From the NCBI RefSeq assembly GCF_009914755.1, contig NC_060928.1: 64,000 nucleotides of DNA; one strand, written 5' to 3'. Positions 54,583 to 64,000 of this stretch are shown piece by piece; within the stretch, counting starts at the first letter, position 1, and each line of letters opens with the position of its first letter. This DNA comes from the human T2T-CHM13v2.0 reference genome, Homo sapiens. Below the pieces are notes generated by a model, which ran no database searches, was not told the DNA's origin, and saw only the letters and a program-made list of their open reading frames with translations. The translations under genes and the position numbers were made by a program.

Positions 54583-57500
54583 TGTTGGTCAGGAAACCTC
54601 ACTTAGTAGAAATAATCAAGGTGATTTTTATATTCTGGAATAGTTAGTGTTCATTTGTGGAGTCCTGCTCTTCACATTTAGCAAGAAGATCAAATCTAAA
54701 CGAAGCCAGGTAAACATTAGTAGGCCTAGAAAAGGTGGTAGTAAACCCCATGGTACCAGAACTCTCTTTTGTTAAGCAGTCAGCCAGTGAGGTGATTGGA
54801 TTGATGAGGGAAGAGACATGACAAGCACTTGGAGGGCTGGCATGCTGACAAAAAAAATGTACCAAGATAATAGTAGGGAAAAATATATACCCAGGAGCTT
54901 ATAGTCATGGAATTTTGTGGATTGTTCTAAGTTGATTGTTACCACAGTTTGCCAACATGCCATCATTTTTGTAAGTAGAATTTTTGAAAACCATGTGCAA
55001 TTACTGAAACATAAGTATTTTATGTAATGCTACACACATTGAAATTACAAAGGGAAGAAAATTTGTGGTTCACCAAAAAGGAATCTTTTACTGCTAGATG
55101 AGACAGCAGTTTTGAGCACCTTAGGAACATTTTCCAAATTTTTGTTCGTTTTTCTCAGAGAGCAAGGTATGGCTTGTAGAGGCAAACATTAGAAATATAA
55201 AGGTCAGTGATAGGTAAGCATGAGTTAAATTAATTAATGAAAAGAAAAAAACCTTTCTTAATGAAAGATTATGTTCATGTGTTAGTTCTGTGGGCATAAG
55301 CTGTGCAGTCCTCATTTACAACTCATAAAAGCTACAGTGACAGGTGCTGTAGAAAGGGGATGATAGATTAGCTGTTGCTCATGCGAGCAATGAAGCAGCA
55401 AGAGAGAGCACATTAGACCAAGCGAGCAGCCAGAAACAGCAATAAAATCATTACTAAAAGAGATGATACGGTTAACATGGGAATATATATCTTTCTGGCA
55501 CTGGCATTGTATTTACTGGTGTACTACACATTCAAATAGATTGTTCAAAAGATTCATTTCTGGATTGAGATAAGAAAAAAGAAATTTATCAGGTCTTAGA
55601 CTAGATCTCTTTCTTGTCTCTCAGTGTTGCTGACATAACTTGATTTTCATTTCCTAGTGCAGTTTAGATGCCCTTCCTTCTATCTATAATACTGCCACAT
55701 AGTTAGAGCCAGTGTCTTTTTTTTTCCTTTGATGCCATGAATTTTGCCACTTAAGTTGTTATTCCATCATATAAAACAAGACAAATGATGTCCTGTATAT
55801 TATTCTACCATCAACCTCTTGAAAGATAATGCAGCATAGTTATGTAACAGGAATTTGATACTCGGTTTCTTGCTCAGGGGAAAATTGTCTCTTTAATGAT
55901 TGTTTCCTTGGTTAAAATTATTGATATAAGATCATTGACATTTTTGAGTTGTAAAATTCTCCAAAAGTCCCATGTAAAAACCTATATTTAATGAAAAATA
56001 AGCTACAAATTTGTTTCATAGTAACTTAACTTTATGATTATGAGTCTGTGCTTACATCCAAGTTCCATCAATTAGCCATAAATGTTTCCTGAGGCACAGC
56101 ACTGTTTTTTACTCTGTAAAACGAGCACAGTAGTGTAGTGCTTATTTATATCTTGTTGTGGAGGTTAAATGAAATAATTGGAAATAATTGATGTAGAACA
56201 TACAGCACAATATTTGTATAGTGACTACTCAGTAACTTTCAACCCAAAAAGAAAAATAAAATATTTCCAAAATAAGTGTTTTCAGAATAACTCCTATAGA
56301 TTTTTTTAGAAAATGCCACTACCCTTTTCATTAAACGTAAGATTATTTTAAAATAGAGTTTTCTATGTGATCTTTTGGAAATACAAAAAAAATATAATTT
56401 GGGACTCAAAACAAGGAAGACTGCTCCTTGACTATGTTTTTTGTCACTGGATTGTTTAAGCAAAGGCAGGCAGCCACCTGTTGGACTCCTGCATGGAAAA
56501 AAAGTGAACTAAGTGACCTCTACTTCCTCAAGGCTCTATCCTGTATTTCCATGGAAACCGGGCATATCATTTTGTTTCTTATCATGTCTTTGCCTTCAGA
56601 AAATTCCCACTATGCAGGCAATTGTAATACTACCCCATTTTGTGTTTTGTTTTTTATTCTTTTAAATTGTGGTTGCAAACTCAGAGCAGAGAGTTAAAAT
56701 AAAAGATCCTCGCTCATCCAAAAGTCCTAGACATCATCTATTTCAGGCAGTTTAGGCAGTCCCCTTGGTAATACCCTAACCTCTAAAAGCACATCACACT
56801 GGTAACAGATCTAGAATGTAGCACTTGAGGATGATATCCAGACTTGGAGAAGCGGCAGGCTAACAATGAAGCTTAAACTCTCTGCTTATCTGGAGAGGAA
56901 ACCAAGAACATTTCAGCACTCATCCCTTATCCTCAGTTCCCACCTTGCTCTGCCTTCCTGCCAATGTAGAACAAAGAGAATAAAAAAAATGCTCCCTTGA
57001 AATTTGTAATGAAACTGATTGATCATTTTGTTTGTTTGTTTTTTCTCCTCTTAGGCATAGAATTATATAGAAGGGAGAAAGCTCAGGGTCCTCATAGTAC
57101 AGATAGAAAATTGACAATTTAAGGAATGCAAGTGAATTACTCAACATCAGATAATTTAAAAATAGGGTCCTTGCCAGAACCCAGTTTTCATATCTTGATC
57201 TTGCCCAGGCCTTGCTGCCGCTCAGTACAAAAAGATTATGCCCATCATCTCCTTCCTAAGTTCCTACGACCATTTTTATTTTCCTATGATAGTATAGCGA
57301 GTGAATCCATTCCCTTCTATCAGTTATAAGCTTAATTTCACCAGAACACATACTAATGAGAAGATACAGAATCTCCTTTAGTTAACGCAAGAAATGCCTT
57401 TGCTGATCTAACCTGTCTAAGCTATATCTCTGCATTTTACCTTTCTTTAGGTTAAGTAGTATGGCTACCTTGGTCTCAGCTGTTCATCCTTTCCCTCCTT

Positions 57501-58054
57501 CAGTCTCATAGCCACTCTTTCAGGATTCCATAGACTGGGAATATTACTACTTAGCTGTCTTACCTATCTTCCTATGGCCCCTAGCTCCTGTTACCTACCA
57601 TTGAAACAGGCTTTATTCTTCTAAGAAGCAAACTACTGTCTTGTGATTATTTGGGGCCTACCAGACACTATCCTCTCTCAGAAGAAGCCACTATTTGGGT
57701 AACACACAGCCTTTTCTCGATTGAGTTCTCGTCTATGAGTCCACAAAGACTCACAAGCTTAGGGGAAGTTTATACATCATCAAGAAAATACTGGTTGGAC
57801 TCATCCTGGAAACTTAGAAGGGAAAACTCTTGGGACACTGACCTTCCACTTTTTGAATATTTCCAAATTATATGAAAAATTTGAAAGTGTTTGCATTTTC
57901 CACTTAAAGAGAGAAAAAGTCTTGAATTTTATTTAATGTATTAAGCTTTGGTTTGAAGATCCTGATGCTGTAAGCATAACTGGAAACACAAACTTTGAAG
58001 CCAAACTTCTTTCTCCACTCTGTGTTTGTGAAAACTATCTTTAGGTTTGTTGTT

Positions 58055-58389
58055 GTTGTGTTTTTGTTTTTTGTTTTTTGTTTTTTGCTTTTTTTTTTTT
58101 TTTTTTGAGACGGAGTCTCGCTCTGTCGCCCAGGCTGGAATGCAGTGGCCTGATCTCAGCTCACTGAAAGCTCCGCCTCCCAGGTTCACACCATTCTCCT
58201 GCCTCAGCCTCCCGAGTAGCTGGGACTATAGGTGCCTGCCACCACGTCTGGCTAATTTTGTTTGTATTTTTAGTAGAGACAGGGCTTCACCGTGTTAGCC
58301 AGGATGGTCTCGCTCTCCTGACCCCGTGATCTGCCCACCTCGGCCTCCCAAAGTGCTGGGATTACAGGTGTGAGCCACCGCTCCTGGCC
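58055..58389 (-). mobile_element. AluY-like SINE with long patterned tail
   Basis: AAGCTCCGCCTCC..GTTCACACCATTCTCC and TTAGCCAGGATGG; TSD TAGGTTTGTT(G/A)TT at 58042-58054 / 58390-58402. Confidence 0.94.
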
Positions 58390-58439
58390 TAGGTTTGTTA
58401 TTTAGGCGTCAATGTTTGTTTATACTTAACCATCTATTT

Positions 58440-58650
58440 ATTATCTGATATGTGCTGGACACTAGGCTAGGTGTTTGATTTACTGAATCCTTACAGTAAT
58501 TCTGCAAGAAAGACACTACCATCCCCATTTTATAGATATTTTTTTAAATTGAGACTCAAAGTTGCTACACAGTTTTCCAAAATGGAATAGTAAATTAAAT
58601 AGCTGGGATTTAAAAACAAGTCTGAGATTAAAACCCATGCCCTTTTTACT
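58440..58650 (-). mobile_element. MIR SINE
   Basis: aatccttacagtaattctgcaag..atccccattttatagat..tgagactcaaa..gctgggatttaaa. Confidence 0.65.
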
Positions 58651-59342
58651 GTCATGCTACAAACACTTTTTTTTTTTTTGTCTTTGCTTTGCAGACTGCC
58701 CCCCATGCTTTTTTTTTTTTTTTTTTTCTTAAAATATTTCTTGCTGTTTGTGATAGTTGGATGCCAGCTTGGCCCATCTGCTGCTATTTTTCCAGAATTT
58801 CAAAGGACTACTTTTCTATTCAAAGACATACTTCATCATTTCCTTAAAACATTTATTGTGCTCACCTGGCAGTGATCACTCTACTATGGCCACCTTGCCG
58901 CAAAATGAATTCTGATGAGCTAAGCATGTGGACATAAGGATGTCAGCAGGATCCCATGCAATTGTGTGGATAATGGATACTGACATCCATCCTCTCTACA
59001 CATGCTCTTCTCGGCAGAGTTCTTGATGCAGCAAGTGCTGCTTTGCTGCTAGCACAGTGGCTGCAGTCCAAAACTCTAGTGGTAGACTGAATGACAGTGC
59101 AGGTATTTTGGGAAACTCTTACACCTCAACTAGCTGAGAATATAGATGATCAAGTATTTGAGAGGATTATGTGAAAGCTTTACGTGTGTTGATAATTTCA
59201 CTTTGGTGTAAAAAACTTGCGGATGGTCCTGTAAAATCAGCTCTCCCATATGGATTCATGATTATAGCAAGAAAGTTGAAGGCAGACACTATGCACCAGG
59301 AAAACCTTATTTCCAGCTGAAGATGTTTACTTTCAGTACTAA

Positions 59343-59681
<339 letters not shown>

Positions 59682-62559
59682 CTAGAGAGTAGATTTCTGA
59701 GGTTCTGATGTATACAGACAAGGAAAATTGAGATAGGACATCTATTTGGAATTTGAAAAATTCAACTATAGCATGAAAATGCCAAGGCAAGGCTAAAAGT
59801 ATAACGAATAGTGGCAATATCCATGCAAAGATTATAAAAGTATCATAAGTAATTTCTCTAATATATTCACCTGTGTTATCTGCAAGCACCTTTAGCAATA
59901 ATTGGAAAGGCAGTCTTACTGGTGAGTTAATCAAATGTGGTCAGTCAGTCTACAGAATAGAAGTGATGCCTGCTCTCCCAGGGTTTCTTTGATCAAGGCT
60001 GGAGGAGCAGAGATTCATCTGTCATGAGCTACGTTGACGAGAAGAAATTGTTTGTGGCTAAACTGCTATATAATTTTTTTAAAAAATCATGAATTATGGT
60101 TTAAGTTGTCAGAGAATTTAAAGTTCTATATCCTCTGTCCCAAGTAGCACTCAGTGTCATTTTTAGAAAATGTGGTCATTACCTTCCCTGATCTCATCCT
60201 CAAGCGTCAGGATTCTGACATTGACCCATTTACGTTAGAACAAGAAGGGACTTGAGAAATGGGTGGGTGCACTCCTTCACTTTATGGAAGAAAACATGAA
60301 GTCCAGATGAATGATTATAGGCAGATCTAGAAATAAAACCTCCAATTCTCATTTATCATTCCTTTTATTTAAAAAACTAGGAGGGCATTTTTACTGGAAA
60401 TCACCAAATTACCATAGTCTAAAAATGCAAGTGGAATTTATTAAGGGACCCCTGGGTGCACAGCACTATATTCACTTGTAAGGAAAATGGATGAAAAAGG
60501 TTGGGTCATCATGGCCCTTCTGCTTAAGGACCTTATTCTATACTCAAGGTAGATGTAGATAATTTACAGTCATATACAAGTTAAAAATTGATAACGTAAG
60601 ATTAAAGGCCAAAAACAGTAAGAATGACTGGGCCACTGAGAGACTTTTGTCACTTGGTTAAGAATGCTAGAAGTCACAATGAATTCTTTATTGATGTGTG
60701 TTTTTAACCCACAAGTAGAGTGTTTGACAATTATGCAGCTAATTATTTAGTGGGTAGTGGGGAACTAGAAAGATCTGAAGTGGCTACAAGCTGAGATAAC
60801 ATGCAATGGAGAACTTAGTAGCGGGCAAGCAGAAGGAAAGGGAAATTGTTTTTAACTGTGGTGAAAGAACATGGAGATGGTTAGTGGCATCTGTCTTCCT
60901 CATTTGATTCAAAGCTTTCTTTTCGTTGTTTCGTCTTGCTTTGCTCAGACGTACCAAAACTTCATGAATCAGTAAGCAATTTTAAAAGCATAACTATGTG
61001 CTATTAAGTCACCAACAAGTTAAGTAACTGTTCAATTAATCCATATATGTAAGGAGCAAAGACTGAGAGTAAAGCAGCAGGATTTTTAGCTCCGCCTCTT
61101 CTACTAACAAGTTCTCTGATTCTAGGTAAGTCACCTCTCAGGTTCTCAATTTTTCCAAGATGGAAGGAATTAACTAGATGATCACAAAAGCCTTTTTTTA
61201 AAACCAACTTACCTCCATCTTTCTGACTTGAGAAGCAAGAGAAAAGGAGTTAATATTAGTCAGATGCTGAAAATATGTGAGGGGAGGAAATGATGTCCCC
61301 TCTAAAATCTCCTTTCCCAGTTTTTGATCACTGATTTAGGATTACATGGAAAAACATTATTGGCCAGTAAATGCAAATAAAAGTATTGAGTGGAAGATAT
61401 CCAGAGATGAAGCTAAAATCTTACATAATGAACAGAATTATATTGAGATTCTATCATCAGTGTACAATATTTAAGGAAGTTTTGATTAGTGGACACACAT
61501 GTTTAATAAAATGGTGACAGTGACATCATTCTTGTGAGAAGGAAAAGTTAGCGTCAGCCATGTCCAGACTCTCATGTTACTGACTGAGCCTATTATGCTG
61601 AGTTGCATCCTTATTAGCTTACTCAGCCACTCCAGGGAGTCTCACACATGAAGGGCCACTGGCACTAAGCTGCCAACTTGGAAAGGACTTGACAGATTCA
61701 ATTCTCTGATGAGTGAAATCATATTTGTTTTGGTCATTCTCCTTTCATTTAACTGAGAACATTTCCACTTTTCTTAGAATCTTAATCCTCCTCATTGTCA
61801 GTTTCCCTGTTTTTCTTGTGGTCACATTGGTTTTACTGTCAAACTATTATTTTTTAGTCGTTTATTTTAAGGCAATTCTACAGCAAATAAATGAAATTTT
61901 GAAAGTCAGCTTGCTTTAGGTGAAGAAGGAAACCAAAGGTTTCAAATAGATTAGAGAAATGTATCTCATATCATTTATGTTCTTTACTAAAGAGAGAAAG
62001 TAAATACAGCCCTTTCAGTGCTATTTAAAATATTGTCATCCTTTGCCTTACCCTTCATCTCTCAACTCTGTCCAATGGGGTCCCTTAAGGATGGGGAGCA
62101 AATTACCCTGCTAAGTGTTATATTGAAGTGTTTACTGAACACATTAGAAAATGTTTAGGTAGGCCTGTAAGTGCTTGCTTATATAAGTTCAGTCACCAGG
62201 AATAATTTCACTGTCACTGCCGTTTCATTCTTCTAATTTCAGTTCATTTTTTTCGTGCCTCCCTGGTGAAATAATTAGAAAGGTTACAAAGCAAGTTGGA
62301 GATATAAATCAAATGTATAGTGGGGTGCTATCACCCACTCCTTTGTAATCTGTCTTTTCTTATCACACATTCCTGGAGATTGTTCTCTCACAAATTATCA
62401 ATAACTCTATGTCAATCACCTTTGCTCAGATTTCCTTCTGAAGAACTTCTTTCCTTACCAAGTGACATGGTTCAACCCCTTCAGACTCTCCATCTTAGCC
62501 CCACGGCATCATGCAGACCAAGTTTTCCCCCATTGACTCTGATTCTCTGAGTCTTTATT

Positions 62560-62950
62560 CTTTCCTGCCATTCTCTTCTTGCCTAAACACAGGCATTGTC
62601 AAATCTTTTGCCTTTGGGCAATATTTCTTTTCTGTTTTCCCTTCCACTGGAAGCTCTTCCACTGTGATCAAACTCTCATCTTTATGTAGATGACCCCAAA
62701 TATTCATGTTTCCCAAAATCTCCACTGACCAACAATTCTCTTTCAACCACCTGCTTAACAAATTCATCAGTCTGTTCTATTGACATTTTAAAATGTAGTT
62801 CATCATCTTCAAGCCAACTGCTTGCTCCCCTTTCCTTCTTTCTTTTACTAGTTCTGCTATTTTCCCTGTCATCTGAAGTTGAATGGTTACTTTTGAACTG
62901 TCTTTGATTCTTGTGTATTTCCACACTAGCCTTAACCAATTAAAACCATG
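62560..62950 (+). mobile_element. L2 remnant
   Basis: catctttatgtagatgaccccaaatatt..ccacctgcttaacaaatt; boundaries approximate. Confidence 0.55.
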
Positions 62951-62959
62951 CTGTAAGGA

Positions 62960-63920
62960 ATATTCTGCGATATACATTCGTTTCTATTTAAATATATGGT
63001 CAATATATTTTTAAAATATATTTTAGTGGTTGTATAGTGTTCTAGTATGGCACTTCCTTTAATCTCTTGTTGGTATATATTACATGGTTTCCAGACATTT
63101 TTTAATTAAAAGCAATGCTACAATTAGGTCATCATTGATATATGTATTTGAAATTGCTGCATCTAAAGCTATTAAGAGTTAAATTGTGAGCATACTCTCA
63201 AATTAAGCCTCAAAATGTACAAATTTGCTCTTGTTCCAACAGTGCATTTGTTATATATACATTCTCTGGTAATTTAAAATATCATTTTGTGTCCCAACAT
63301 ATATGATGATTTTTTAATTGTTTTGGACTTGCGGTATATTTCCATTGATCTTTACTAAGATTTTCACCAGTGCCATACAATCTTATTTACTGAATTTTAT
63401 AGCATTTTGATATCCACTTAGGCATATCCCCTCCTATTAGTCTTTCTTTCCAAAAGCTTCATGGCTATTCTCACACTTCTATTCTCCCAATAAAAGTTGG
63501 GCATTTCTAAGACTGTATAAGTTCTCCTGCACTTACAACTACCAATTAATATTTGTATTTACCTGTATTAAATTTACATATTTTGGACATCATTACAAAA
63601 TGAAATCTCTCCATTTGGAAACAAGATATTTATCTCTCCAATTATTTTACTTGTTTTAACATCCCTGAATAATATGTATAATTTTCTTCATTTCGGCCTT
63701 GGACACTTAACAGAATCCTCTCTAGCAACATAGTTGTTTACACATATGCCATTTTTATTATATTTTCTAACTGGGTATTAGTAGCCAGCTTTTGATATTG
63801 CCTGTTTAATTTTAGATTAAAGATTGGTTGTGTGGATCTACCACTCAACCAAAGTGTACTATTTATTCATTAATTCATTTAGGCTTCCATATTTTGCATT
63901 ATAAGATTTCTGTGTTATTT
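62960..63920 (-). mobile_element. Very old L1 (L1ME-like) remnant
   Basis: T-rich antisense L1-like text (tttcaccagtgccatacaatc..ttttatagcattttgatat..ttggacatcattacaaaatg). Confidence 0.5.
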
Positions 63921-64000
63921 TAGTTTGAGATACAATGCTTTTCAAACCATAAGCACAACAGAAACAATTTTCACTTCGAAAGAAACACATCTTCAGCCAA

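Overview
AT-rich, repeat-dense primate (human or great ape) genomic DNA; nothing in it is prokaryotic. The only host coding sequence I can support is one 197-nt internal exon (18208-18404, +) encoding ankyrin-repeat sequence that I recognise as BANK1 (exon 7 by recollection, containing the A383 codon). The rest of the window appears to be the two flanking introns. The main structure is a 3'-truncated antisense HERV-K(HML-3)/HERVK9 provirus (2937-9960): MER9 5' LTR, tRNA-Lys PBS, gag, dUTPase-protease, RT/RNase H and the first residues of integrase. Its LTR is split by a 2.4-kb 5'-truncated L1PA that still has about 595 open ORF2 codons. Other content: four Alus, a nested L1PA-in-L1MA with a 450-bp purine/pyrimidine tract, solo MaLR/ERVL LTRs with TSDs, DNA-transposon fossils, L2/MIR remnants and microsatellites. 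Repeat subfamily names come from recalled consensus sequences and need RepeatMasker/Dfam confirmation. I found no convincing novel biological system. The best leads are insertion-junction anatomy, retroviral motifs and a few candidate B-cell regulatory or non-B-DNA sites.
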